Positions 39,001-51,310 of a DNA stretch of 64,000 nt are shown here, one piece after another. The notes beneath the pieces are model-generated. The model searched no databases. It had not been told where the DNA came from and was given only the letters and a program-made list of their open reading frames with translations. The stretch lies in contig NW_024704742.1 in assembly GCF_018977255.1 (NCBI RefSeq), forward strand, positions 109,928,001-109,992,000, given 5' to 3'. The translations under genes and the position numbers were made by a program. The DNA is from Callorhinchus milii (taxonomy: Eukaryota). Within the stretch, counting starts at the first letter, position 1, and each line of letters opens with the position of its first letter.

Positions 39001-40559
39001 TTTCTATCTAATGTTTTCAATGAGTGTTTCAGGGCGTTTAGAGCAATGTGATAGAGATGATAGTGATCTCACGGATCTAATAACAGTGACTCCAGAAAAT
39101 TGTTCTTAGCAAGTAATTTTATTGAGAAATTAGGGCAGGACACACCAGCTCAGTTCAGCATCAGTCATAATTCCGTGTAAATCAAATCAAGATCCATCTT
39201 TTTGGTTAAAGTTCTAACTGGAGAAAATTAAATATCTCAGAGTGATTACAAGGCAACCATTGAGGGGTGCAGAGGATGTCATAAACTGCAAGAGTGAAGA
39301 TGGAGTGTTTCATAGCTGTCATTGAATTCTGGAAATAGGTTATAACCTTGAAATTAATCACTGCTGTCTGTTACTTTTCAATAATATGCAATAGTTTAAT
39401 CTTATGCAGAAGTTTATTCAATATTGAGTTACTTATTATGCTCTCAGTGGTTGTCAATGGTGATACCTCCTGTCAGTGACCTCAATGTCATTGAGATTAA
39501 TGTTTGTGACATCATTTCAGCAAGTTCATCAAGAAATAGTGTGAGATTTCTGTACCTTGGATGTTTCCGGATGAAGTACCTGTTTTAGGCCATGTTGATT
39601 ATCTGGTGAAATACCTCTTAGGTCCTTTGAGCTGCAAATGTGCACATGCAAGTGTTCCGCTAACAGGAATTTGATAGTTGGGGCTGCTGGAAAATCATTG
39701 TCTTTCCATTTGCTGTTGAAGCCTGTTAATTGAAAGAAATTATTTATCAGGTTGTTCCCATTAGCCATGCCTTGGTTAATCAATGTCAACCATATTAATT
39801 TATAAAATGAAAATGGTCTCACAACTGATGAAGTATCACATCGCCTGGTGCCAGACTTAATCATAGGAAGTGCCATAACATTGGCATGTATCAGACCTCC
39901 ATCATGGAAATTACTGAACTGCAGAGTGCTGAAATATAATGTTTTCTATGTATATTTGCCAAGAAAGCATACAATGAAACTGATAAAAAAAAATCAGGAT
40001 TTTGACAATTTGAACACAAGAACAAGAATTATATAGCGCCCTCCACTCAGGGTAGCGTCTCAGAATGCTTTACAGTGGCGGAGCCTGACTCCGACCTGGC
40101 GGGGGGTGGGGGGGGGTGTGAGCACGGTCACGAATAAGATAATACTTAGTCCCACATGATTATATTAACTTGCTGTATAAATGCTTTTACACCTATGTAT
40201 CAAATAGATGCTTATGACTGTGACACCCCCTGTTTATCAGATATTTACTGGAGTAATATGGCTTACGAAGTATAATGAACACTTCTTAAGTTTGGATCTA
40301 TATGGAATTGTCAGGTGATCTAGGAACCTAACAGTATAGAGATACTCCATTAATAAGAATAATAGATCACAAGAGTTTCAGTTAAAGAAGGCCCTTTGGC
40401 CCATTTGACCTCATTCTTCCAGAATATCCACCCACTTCCCCAGTTCTCCCATCAGCTTTATAGGATCAAACTGTTTCTTGTTTCCACTGTTCCTACTAAC
40501 CATTTCAGTTATTTAGCACCCTCTGGATAAGTAAATACTTCCTGGTATCAGTCCTGGCA

Positions 40560-40862
40560 ATTGTCCTGGCATGAAGAAACTCCTCTTTTCAATAATAACC
40601 CTTTAGCGTCCACCTAAATAAGATGATGGGAGTTTGGTTTAACATTCTTCCAAAAGTCAGCATCCCTGATATTGCAGTGTTCCTGCAATATCCTCCCGAT
40701 AAAATGTCCTCCCGACGTGAACAAAAAGCACTATATCAAATGCAAGGATTATTATTAATACTGTGCTGGAGTATCAGCCTATACCATGAACTCAAAAGAC
40801 CCTACATGATGTTTGATCCCATAAACATCTGACTCAGAGCATGCTACCAACTGAGCCAGGCT
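40560..40862 (-). mobile_element. Older Deu-type SINE with a + strand young SINE tail (40690-40756) inserted
   Basis: Right end TGACTCAGAGCATGCTACCAACTGAGCCAGGC is an antisense head. Insert reads GTCCTCCCGACGTGAA...ATATCAAATGCAAGGATTATTATT. Confidence 0.65.
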
Positions 40863-43549
40863 TGTACCATTTACACTGAAATTATGGTTTGTCATTTTTT
40901 GATATCACAGGACCTCCATCTTTTCAGAGGTTAGAATATATGATAATACAATAGAAGGACAATATCATAAAGTTATAAAATATCACATTAAAAACAAATT
41001 AGTAAAATAATTTCAATTACAGTTTGCAGAATGCACACACTTTTAGCAAAAATATTAAATCAGAATTTAATTTTAAATATTTAAACTTTTATAACACCTT
41101 GCAAATATTCTACTCGGGTAAATTTCCAATAAGTAATTAGAATTATTTAAGTGAATGTTTTTAAATCACTACTGCTTCAAGTCGTAAAAGGTTCACTATT
41201 CTGTGATAACAGGAGCGAAGAAAAAAAAATGTTTTTCTTGCATCTTATATGTCAAAAGCTCAAAGGGCTTTATAGCGATCTCTGTCAAGTTTAGTGACTT
41301 TTTTTGTAGAGAACGAATCCCTTGTGTTAAATGGAGTGTCCTATGCTGGACATGGCGTGCCTTGCATATTATAGCTTATGTCTATATGTGACATTTTTAT
41401 CAAGTATGCAAAGTAACATTCCTGTAAATAGTTGAAGATAATTTTACAAGGTCATTTAAGAATCAAAAAAAGGCATCAGACAGTACTCAAATATGAGTCA
41501 AATTGAACTGGACACAAATATCACTTTCTTTTATTTAATGTTGTGCTTTGAATGTACTTGCAACATCTTTAGTGTCGTTTTCAAGCTTAACCACAAAAGT
41601 GCTTCTGAATTCAGCAATAAATTATACATTATACTGATGGTATCTGGGGACAATTTACAGTGACTCTGTCTACATCAGAATATTTAGCCATGTTGTACCT
41701 ACATTAACTTTTCAAAGTCCTCAGTGGTATGTACCCTTTTAGTCTTCATTAAGATCACTTCACATTAAATAGTTATGTATGCGTTCAGCACAGAGGGGTT
41801 CTCTGCATTACAAAGTGCTGGGTAGATCACAGCAGCAATGCAGATACATCAGTTAAAATTTAACTATTGTAGCATTATAACAAAACTGTAAAATCAAATA
41901 TTCTGCAATTATTACAGACGAAAGCTTCACAATTTTGCTTGTGACGAGGTCAGAGTCAAACAATTCCCCTTTACAGATGTTATGTTTATCATCTGAAGAC
42001 AGCTTTAAAATGTTACATGATCAATGTGAGTTGCTGTGGGGTTAAAGTTTTCTTTTTCCCACTGTCAAGTGAAAACATATTGATCATTTTATTCTATTTG
42101 CTATTTCTGAGTTCAGTATACCTTGCCAGTCGATGAGCAAGATTGAGAGTGTATCCTTTTTTGTCTGCTTGTTGTATTTCATCCTCCAGATCCAAGATAC
42201 TTTTTTTGATTAATCGCAAATGCTGCGGGGTCAGAGCTAGCGAATCTGCTTGTGGAGTCAGCTGATGTTGTCAGATAAATGTCTTAAGCTTAGCTAGGGT
42301 TCATGGCCCTAGCTTTAGGCTGTACCAAATGTCTCCCCTTGTTGAAAAAGATAACAGCTACACTAGAGGCGACTGTGGTGTTTATCCACAGGGAGGGCTG
42401 ACCCTTCCATATGGAGCTTTGCCATAGTGAAAGAATTAGTGCAGATTTTTCTCTTCCAACGCCAGAAATGTTTAAACCGCAGAATGCTTTTGTGTCATTG
42501 AGCGTTTCTTTTAATCTTTTAAAGGCCTGCAGTAGCTTCTCTATAACAGTTTTGTTAATATGGATAAATTGGCTCAGCTAAATTGAGTCAGAGAATTCAC
42601 TTTTTGTGACAAAAAATCCTCAAACTAGAGATCCCTCATACTGTTTTTATTATAGTTAATGATAACTGTGAAGATTTTTTTGTTTTCAAAATAATAGAAA
42701 ATGCACTGCATATTTAAAGAGGCAACAATGTAAAGATTAAATGTCTTTTTAAGGCTTTAATGCTGCAGACACATTTTCTTTCACATGACATCTGAAAAAT
42801 ATTTCAATGATTTTATAATATTGAATATTACAGGACTGAATACGAGAAGTAGCAAAAACTACAGGATATTCCTTAATTCAAAGTATTCTATGAACCATCA
42901 CAAAAGTTGTAATCTGGTTGTATTTTTTAATTCTGATTATTTTGGTAGAGAAATCTAACTTTAATCCTCAAAGGATTAATGGAATTGGATATTATTATTC
43001 CCATATACTGTTCATACATATGTATATTTCTTTAAATCAGAGATAATGCAGCATGTTAACAAATGTACATTTGTAAAGTATGACAATTTGAGAATCTTGT
43101 AGTCATGGTAATATGGTAAGCTAATTTGACAATCTGTTTCTTAAAGTATAAAATTGGACATTTTAATTTTTGAACTGAGTTTATGACAATTACTGACAAC
43201 TTCAATTTAAATATAATACATTTTACAAGGTTTTAAATATTTTTTAATAATCTTTAATAGGAATTTACGTTGAGGCAATGACAACCTGTATTGGTTTAGC
43301 ACCCTTCGCACAGGATAGTATCGCTTAGCGCTGAGTCACGCCCAAACATAGGGCGGAAATATTTTTAAATCAGAGTAAAAACAGCAGTAATCCATCATTA
43401 ACATTGATATTACATTTAATTAATCAGGGTGGCCTTCTGAGATTATGTATCTTATAAAAAAAAGTTTTATTAATTTTCTTATTTGAACGTCAATCAGATG
43501 TTTGCAACTACAATAAAAAGATGGGAGTTCTTTGAGGCCTTTCTCACAT

Positions 43550-44385
43550 TTCAGTAGTTTATATTTATGTTGCATCCTTTGGGCAAGATAGCTTCTCGGA
43601 GAGCTACAAGGTGGTGGAGTTGGTTGCAAGCAAGGAGGAGGGGGAGAAGACCAAATGCGTAGTCGAAGAGGTAGATTTTAAGATGGGATTTCAATAGTTC
43701 CAAAAGCGGAAAGATTAAGGCGGGGAGTTCTAGAGAATAGGAGCATAGTGGCTGAAAGCATGAGTTTGGTGCATGTACAGCTGGCTTGTGCCAGCTGAGC
43801 GAAGAGGGTAGGCTGAATAATAATAATAATCCTGGCCTTTGATATAGCGTCTTATCCTGTCTTCGAGACATCTGTGGGTGAAACACGGCAGCCAATTGCA
43901 CACAGCAGTGTCCACAAACAGTCGTGGATTTAGTGACACAATTATTATATTTTTGTTTTGAAGGTATTATTACCCCTGGAAAAGTAATCTACCAATCGCC
44001 TAACAACCAGATTCCTACTTATTGCTAGTTAAGGAAACTTGCCCAACGTTTTGCCCCGCCCGGGAATCCAACCCTAACCTCCACAAATAGTGGGGTGCAA
44101 GTAGGTCAAAGAGGTAGGGAGGTCCTAGAGTGCAAACTGATTTGTCTATTAGGGTAAGGATTGAAATTGATCTGTTCAGGGATAGGGAACCAGTGGAGCT
44201 TACAAGAATTGGAATGACGGGCTTACAGTGTTTGGTATAGGTAGGGTGCAGGTGGTGGAGTTTTGTATGAATTGGACCTTGAGGGTAATGGAACTGGGGA
44301 GACCAGTGTTTCATAAGTTAAGGCAAGAGGTGACAAGGGTGTGATTGAGGGTTTCACCAGTATTTAGAGTGAACTAGTATCAGAC
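43550..44385 (-). mobile_element. Old L2 fragment interrupted by a SINE
   Basis: LKSHLKIYLFDYAF-like peptide on the minus strand; L2-like sequence resumes after 44075. Confidence 0.6.
43816..44074 (-). mobile_element. Long-form SINE, 5'-truncated
   Basis: (AAT)n tail, GCAGCCAATTGCACACAGCAGTGTCCACAAACAGTC, and CCAATCGCCTAACAACCAGATTCCTACTT (long-form segment). Confidence 0.85.
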
Positions 44386-45880
44386 ATGCACTTAATATAG
44401 ATTTGTGTTGGTATTCATTGTGTATTTTTCTCACTGGCTATCATTTGCACCTTTATCCAACACAAATTCTGACATATTTTCTCAAGATCACTTTTGAAAA
44501 AATAAAGCAGGTTGACTGTTTGCATTTCGAATGTTAGTAAAGAGATAATACAGCAGAGATTTCCCATATTTGGATTGTGCTTGCAAACATTTGATTCAGT
44601 TTCAAATAACACACCCTATATTAGTAACAATTAACAAAAAAAATTATAAGCATGCTACTTAAAGACAAGGCAACGTCAATATTTTCAAGCCTATACTGAA
44701 AATTACAACTCCACTCAGGGCTGGATGTAACAGTATTTGAGCTATATTCCCTATTGGATTCTGTGTAAGTAATATGATGGTCTACGTAATGTGAGCAAAT
44801 GTGTACTTATAATGGTGGAAACGAACGTTTTCATGATTGAAATCCAGTGGATTATTCAGCAATTGAAGAGAAAAGATTAACTGAACGACTGAGAGGCTAA
44901 GCTATTATTCTGTAAGGAGAAAATTATATACAAAGTACTTTTAGAGAAAGGGGTGCAGAGAAACTGTGGCTATAGTTTAATGTCCTTCTTACATTAAGAA
45001 TGCCAATTGGAGGGACACATGAGCAGAGTTATATTGCTCCTTATTAGTACTAGTGTACACCACTACAGATCTGGTCCGACGTGTAGTGGCATTCCAAGTT
45101 TTCGAAGAAACCATAGCGAGCAATAAATATTGGCTGATTCATACATTTAAATCTGATGGTCGTTACTTGGCCAGTAACTCAAGGGGATCAGTTTGAGTGC
45201 CTTCAAAGCTTTCCATGAAGCTGTCATGTCATTACATACTTTGATGTTTCTGAACTGTTGTGGAAATTTCATTTAATAAACTAAACTAGAGTTGGTGTAG
45301 TGCTTCTGCCATAACAATTTTCTGTAATTTTGAGAACCTAAGGGAGAGGCCAAGGCCCATGATGTAGTTCAACACAAAGAATAGCAAAGATACGATTAAA
45401 AGGAAAGAATGAGAAAATGTAAGAGGAAATGCTTATTGGACGCCAACCATGGATTTTGTTAAAATTGTAAATTGTAAGATGAGGAGAAAAGAGGCAGGTG
45501 AGAAGTGAGGTGGTGGGAGAAACTGTTAGAGCTGAAAATATTGCAGTGAGTTTTGATTTCAACACAGTGAGGATACAGAGAAGGTGACAAATGCCATATT
45601 AATATAATAAAGAAATATGAAAGGTTCTGGCCAGTTAAGAGAAAATGGAGGTAAGTAATGAGCAAAGAGTCACGTACCTTTCTGCTGACAAGCTTTATAT
45701 GTCCAGGAGTATAAAACATTCTTCAGGTATAGGACTAGAATTTAGATCTTGAGTTAACTTGAGCTTTATTTAAAAGCTAAGAATTACTTCTAGGAGAGGG
45801 GAAAATAAATGTTTAGTATTAAGGAGGAAGCAAAGCCTCTTGGAGGCTACTTTTCAATTAAGAAAATGTGAAAATTCCAT

Positions 45881-48046
45881 TTGAAGTGGGAAGAAAATAG
45901 TAAAAGCCAAACTTCCCTCACCGACCCCTCTTCTCCTCTCTCCCTCCTCCACAATATCCTCTCCTCCACACTCGATACTCTTGCCCCCATCACTTCCCGC
46001 ACTGTCTCCTACTCCCGCTCCTCCCCCTGGTACACCACCCACCTCCGCTCACTGAAATGCCAGGTGCGGGCTGCTGAGCGCACCTTTGTCAAATCTGGCC
46101 TAACGGTCCACCGACAAATCTGGCTGGACCTCCTCAAAATTTACCGCTCCACTCTAGCCTCGGCCAAGTCGTCCTTCTACTCCAGGATAATCCTGGAGGC
46201 GAAGAACAACCCCAAGCTACTGTTTTCCACCACATCCCGACTCCTCCGTCCCCCCCGCCACCCCGCGCAGGTCATCTCCTCCAACCTTCACTGCGAGGAG
46301 ATGCTGGATTTCCTTGAATCCAAGATCAAGGGAATCCGCTCCGCGGTCACTTCCCCTCCAACTTCCACCCACCACCCACCCCTTCCCTCCCACACTCCGA
46401 CTCCTACCCATCCTCCCCTACACACCTTCGTACCCGTTTCCCCACCCTCTGTCACTGAACTCATCCTATCCCTAAAACCAACCACCTGCTCCCTTGACCC
46501 CATCCCCACTCCACTCCTTATCTCCCAGCTCCATTTTCTTGCCCCACACATCACTGACATCATAAACCTGTCCCTCTCCTCTGGCTCTGTCCCCATTCCA
46601 TTAAAAACTGCCATCATCACGCCCACCCTGAAAAAACCCTCCCTTGATGCGTCGCAGCTATCAAGCTACCGGCCCATCTCCAACCTCCCCTTTCTCTCCA
46701 AGGTCTTGGAAAGAGTTGTCGCCTCCCAACTGCGCTCTTTCCTCTCCACCCATTCTCTTTTTGAACCCCTTCAGTCAGGTTTCCGTGCTGCTCATAGCAC
46801 AGAAACTGCCCTGGTCAAGGTCACCAATGATATCCTGACCATCTGTGACCAGGGCTCCCTCTGTCTCCTCGTCCTCCTCGACCTATCGGCAGCATTCGAT
46901 ACGGTCGACCACGCTATCCTACTCCACCGCTTGTCCTCCCACCTCAACCTTCAAGGCACTGTCCTTGAATGGTTTAGCTCTTACCTTTCCCACCGTCTTC
47001 ACTTCGTCTCAACGAATGGCTTCTCCTCCACCCCCCGTACTGTCTCATGTGGTGTCCCTCAGGGCTCTGTCCTCGGTCCCCTCCTCTTCACCCTCTATAT
47101 GCTCCCCCTTGGTGACATCATCCGCAAACATGGGGTTAACTTCCACATGTATGCGGATGACACCCAACTCTACCTTTCCTCCTCTACTCTCAACTCCACG
47201 ACCACCGATGTCCTGACAGCCTGCCTGTCCGACATCGAGTCCTGGACGAGAGACAACTTTCTTCAGCTCAACGTGCGAAAAACCGAGGCCCTCCTGATTG
47301 GCTCACGTCAGCGCCTCCGCACCTCAGGCGCTGACACCATCAGCATCCAAGGCTGCACTCTCCACCTCTCAAAGCCAGTCAGGAACCTCGGCGTTTTGTT
47401 CGACCCTGAGCTGTCCTTTCTCCCTCACATCCGCACCACAACTGGCACCGCCTTCCATCACCTCCGGAATATCGCCAGATTACGGCACTACCTCACCCCT
47501 CACGCTGCTGAAACCCTGGTTCACGCCTTTGTCACCTCAAGGCTGGACTATGGGAACTCTCTCCTCGCCGGCCTTCCCGCCACCTCCCTCCACAAGCTGC
47601 AGGTCATTCAGAACTCTGCAGCTCGTGTACTGTCCCGCACCAGGCTTCGGGACCACATCACTCCCACCCTCGCTCGCCTCCACTGGCTCCCCATCCCCCA
47701 GAGGATTGATTTCAAGATCCTCATCCTCACCTACAAGGCCATTCACGGCCTTGCTCCCTCCTACCTCTCCAACCTACTATCCCCCTACCTACCTGCCCGT
47801 ACCCTCCGTTCCTCTGGCTCCGGTCTGCTCCACGTCCCCCGCCCCAACCGCCCTACTATCGGTGGTCGGGCCTTCAGCCTCTCAGCCCCGAGGCTCTGGA
47901 ACTCCATCCCCCAGTGCCTTCGCCTTGCTTCCTCCCTTTCCTCCTTCAAGGCCGGTCTCAAAACCTTTCTCTTTGACCGTGCCTTCAGCTCCCCTCTCGA
48001 CTCTCTTCCTCCTCCTCGCTCCCTCCCTTCCCTCCCCTCACCCTGA
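45881..48046 (+). CDS. L2 ORF2 fragment: linker, reverse transcriptase and C-terminal region (no endonuclease, no native start)
   Basis: 721-codon open frame with [48 protein letters not shown] (47150-47161) and [14 protein letters not shown]. The first ~9 codons come from flanking DNA. Confidence 0.93.
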   Translation: MKWEENSKSQTSLTDPSSPLSLLHNILSSTLDTLAPITSRTVSYSRSSPWYTTHLRSLKCQVRAAERTFVKSGLTVHRQIWLDLLKIYRSTLASAKSSFYSRIILEAKNNPKLLFSTTSRLLRPPRHPAQVISSNLHCEEMLDFLESKIKGIRSAVTSPPTSTHHPPLPSHTPTPTHPPLHTFVPVSPPSVTELILSLKPTTCSLDPIPTPLLISQLHFLAPHITDIINLSLSSGSVPIPLKTAIITPTLKKPSLDASQLSSYRPISNLPFLSKVLERVVASQLRSFLSTHSLFEPLQSGFRAAHSTETALVKVTNDILTICDQGSLCLLVLLDLSAAFDTVDHAILLHRLSSHLNLQGTVLEWFSSYLSHRLHFVSTNGFSSTPRTVSCGVPQGSVLGPLLFTLYMLPLGDIIRKHGVNFHMYADDTQLYLSSSTLNSTTTDVLTACLSDIESWTRDNFLQLNVRKTEALLIGSRQRLRTSGADTISIQGCTLHLSKPVRNLGVLFDPELSFLPHIRTTTGTAFHHLRNIARLRHYLTPHAAETLVHAFVTSRLDYGNSLLAGLPATSLHKLQVIQNSAARVLSRTRLRDHITPTLARLHWLPIPQRIDFKILILTYKAIHGLAPSYLSNLLSPYLPARTLRSSGSGLLHVPRPNRPTIGGRAFSLSAPRLWNSIPQCLRLASSLSSFKAGLKTFLFDRAFSSPLDSLPPPRSLPSLPSP

Positions 48047-48197
48047 CCATTTCCCCCTCCTCTCTCCCTCCCTTCCCTCCCCTCACCCTGACCATTTCCC
48101 CCCTGCTCGGGTCATGACCCAACTGTGCAGCGCCTTGGGACGTCCTCCTGACGTGAAAGGCGCTCTATAAATGGAATCTTGTTGTTGTTGTTGTTGT
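45907..48197 (+). mobile_element. Young 5'-truncated L2-clade LINE
   Basis: Abrupt shift to C-rich, CpG-retaining sequence; open RT frame; 3' UTR ends GGGACGTCCTCCTGACGTGAAAGGCGCTCTATAAATGGAATCTT(GTT)n. Confidence 0.97.
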
Positions 48198-48532
48198 TAA
48201 TGGACAAAGAAGCACTAAGAATGGAGCAATTGATAGATGAAGTGGGATCTATTGGTCAGACTTGCAAAGAAATGTTGATGAATTTCTGGGTACTTTTGCA
48301 CATATGAATAAACAGTAGCTGATGGTAAAAGAATAAATTGAAGATGAGATGTTAACAAATGTGATATTAGTAACAATAAACTGTAGAGATATGCACAGAT
48401 AGAATGACTCAAGAGCCAACTGGACACCTAAGAGCATTGGTTTGGTGGCACATCACAAACCGACCACTTGTTTAGAAATACACAGTGGTTTGTTTTGTCA
48501 TCCCTTAGATAGCTCTAAACCTTTTGACAGGC

Positions 48533-48715
48533 CTGTATAGTGAATTTACTGTATATTTTGTGGGTAAAATGAGGCAGCCAATTGCGCACAGCAGTGTATC
48601 ACAAACAGTTGTGGATTAAGTGACCAAATTATTATTTTATTTATTTTTAAGGGATTATTACACCCAGAAAAGTGATCCGCCAATCCACTAACAACTGGGT
48701 TGACCACTTACTGTG
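48533..48715 (-). mobile_element. Internal long-form SINE fragment
   Basis: GGCAGCCAATTGCGCACAGCAGTG...AAAAGTGATCCGCCAATCCACTAACAACTGGGTT. Confidence 0.8.
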
Positions 48716-50584
48716 AGGTAAAAAGGTAATTCATGGTAGCTTCTAAAACTTTAGATGTAAAGAATTAAAGACAATTTGCTGGTAATTTGAAGGCTAAGAG
48801 AAAAAGGTGGACTGGGACTAGAAAAAGACAGTTCAGAGCCATATTCAGAAGGATTTGTTCAGGAGCTGGGAATCAAGTATGCAATGGAAGTGGTGAGGAT
48901 AAAACTTGATGTTGATTTAAGTTTGACAACAAGATGGAGTGATGGAGAGAGACTATCAGAGTCATATTATAGCGTTAATGGAAAAAAGCGAGTAAAAAAG
49001 ATCAGTTTGCTTTTTAGAAAGGATAGCGACGGAACAGTCAACGTAGAATAGTGCTGAAAAGGATAATTCACAGAAGTTTGCCTACATAAGTGAACTTACT
49101 GGAGACGAAGTACCCAAATCAGAGAGATTTGGTTGTCTGATACTGGAAGTTTAGTCTGCTGCAGCATCTATGTTACCTGAAGTTTTGTATATGGCTGTAT
49201 AGGACAGCTGAGGAATTTTTACACTTACTTGAATGTCCTCATTGTCAGTTCTGAGGATTTCAACTGCTTGTCACGAAAACCGAAACCTTTGAAGAAGTCT
49301 TTTAAAATAAAATCATACTGCATCACTGTCTGTCACTACAAAAAATAAAACTGACTAGTAGGAATAAAAATAAGTATTGGCTGTCCATACTCTTCTCTCA
49401 GAGTAGAAATCTTTGCTTCATGAGTTCTGAAGTACTCTGTAATAATAGGACAAAGCTGGAAGGACTGACAGGCACTCTTAGTCTGAAGTAGAAAATATAT
49501 GCTGGTCCATCAAAGATGGTTTGACACAATAGGAAGATCCATTTTGCAGAGGACAGATTACTTGCAGGATATATCCAGTATTTCAGATGTCTGTCCTGAA
49601 GGACAGATATTCATTACAATTATTTCCTAGCCTTGAATTTTAACTTTAATATGTATTATTATATAGTTAACCTTAATCTTGTGTTTGGTTGTGTCTGTGG
49701 GATGAATGTTTATTTTATATCAACTTCATTTTTATTTTCCTTGTTTGTGTGCAGTTTAATCTTTATGTTACAGATCCACTTCTAGTAGAGGTTCTGTAAA
49801 ACTCTTGCACTTGAATCGTATCAATTACAGCCCATCAAGCCACTGCTGCTATTATCTACTCCACTGGAGCTTTATATATTAAACCCAATTGTTCGTACTT
49901 CTCCATATCCAATTTGAGAATCATAGAAATTACAGCGCAAAAGGAATATGTTTGGCCCATCAAGCCGTTATTGTGGAATCCTGCCACTTGCAATAGAACG
50001 TCTTCGGTCATTCACTTCATAACTATTTGTAGGGCAGTTGGGTGCAAAAGAGCAAGCATGTCTGAGCATATACCTCATGTCTATGACTAAAAGAGAATGT
50101 GAGACAGCTTTTTTTAATGTTTTCTTTATCTTGTAAATTTTATTGTGTATCATCGAATCTGTCAGGAATGTAATCCTAGTAATGGCTTAGGACTACAGTC
50201 TAAGGTATCTTTGTTTGATAACCTGAGGGTTTCTTGTCATCTGAATGCTTCAACTCTACCACTCCCCGTCGTCTTTTAGTTTGTGTTCAATCCATCCATC
50301 CTGCCTGGAGTCTAAAAATGCTATAGATCCATTAGGTCTAGTGTATTGGTGGTCTCCTAACTTTGTGTATAAGCCTTATGTTTCTCTTTAGAGTCTTGGG
50401 GAAGGAGAGGGAATTAGATTATGTTTGTTTTTCCATGGAAGTTGAGTGCAGTATCAGCAGCATAAGTTTATGGCCATGGACGCAAAGGGTGATCATTTGC
50501 CTTTATGTGTCCTTTTTTTAATAATAAAAAATATGAATAATTGTCATTAGCAAATTATTTTTTGTCTTTTTTTAATTTAAACAG

Positions 50585-50636
50585 GGAATGCTGATGCTAT
50601 TATTGAGCGTAATTTACTTGGAAAACTCGAGCCCAA
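50585..50636 (+). CDS. Candidate 52-nt exon of an unidentified host gene
   Basis: Strong acceptor ttttgtctttttttaatttaaacag and donor AA|gtatgt. Open in two frames (NADAIIERNLLGKLEP or GMLMLLLSVIYLENSSP). A second acceptor lies at 50740. Confidence 0.35.
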
Positions 50637-51029
50637 GTATGTGTGGGAATTCTATTAACATGCACAGTTGTAGCAGGAGAACCTTATGTTACTGTATATA
50701 CCTTTACTAATGATAATTTAAATTCTAGAATTTTTTATAGGGAATATTGATGATGATAAACTAATGATAACGAGACAAGGTGCTTCATTTACAAGTTAAA
50801 TAATTGCTAAAATTGGACAATTGATGTACCTGAAATTATCTGAAAACTGTTTTTAAAAATGACATTTTGTAACTTGTTGAATACTTCACAAAGACTCTTC
50901 ATGAAGTTGGCCTCCTTACAGACAACCTACCTTTGGATGAAATCGAATGACAGGGCCTGATAATGAGTCTGTTGGGTTTGTCACTATATTGTAAGAAATA
51001 GGTTGCTTTGCTACATTGAAAAAAACAGT

Positions 51030-51310
51030 TGAGTTTAGATCCCCAGACATCCTGCTCAAGCTGTGCAGTGGCCTTGCGACTCTTCCACTGAAACGTCTGC
51101 TAGCTCTCCACTGGAGCAAACTGCTCAACCCAATTCCCTGCTCTTTCCCCTGCCCGTTTGTATTCTTCAAATGTTTATCCAATTCTTTTTGTTATGTTAT
51201 AGTCTCAGCTTCAAAAGTCACTTGTGGCAAAGCATTCAATGTTCCAAAAATCTGCTGCATGAAACCTTTAACTATTCAGTGGCAATCCTGAGTTTATGTC
51301 CTTGTTACTA
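51030..51310. mobile_element. Old CR1 remnants
   Basis: CCAGACATCCTGCTCAAGCTGTGCAGTGGCCTTG on the + strand, followed by antisense 3'-end sequence TCAAATGTTTATCCAATTC...TGGCAAAGCATTC. Confidence 0.45.

Noticed and set aside
45881..48046. Domesticated RT, retron, group II intron or other novel RT system
   Set aside because: It has typical L2 ORF2 motifs, an L2 3' tail, 5' truncation, no native start codon and many decayed relatives in the same window.
47298..48170. 290-aa Pro/Ser-rich overlapping ORF
   Set aside because: Alternative frame of C-rich L2 sequence with low stop-codon probability.
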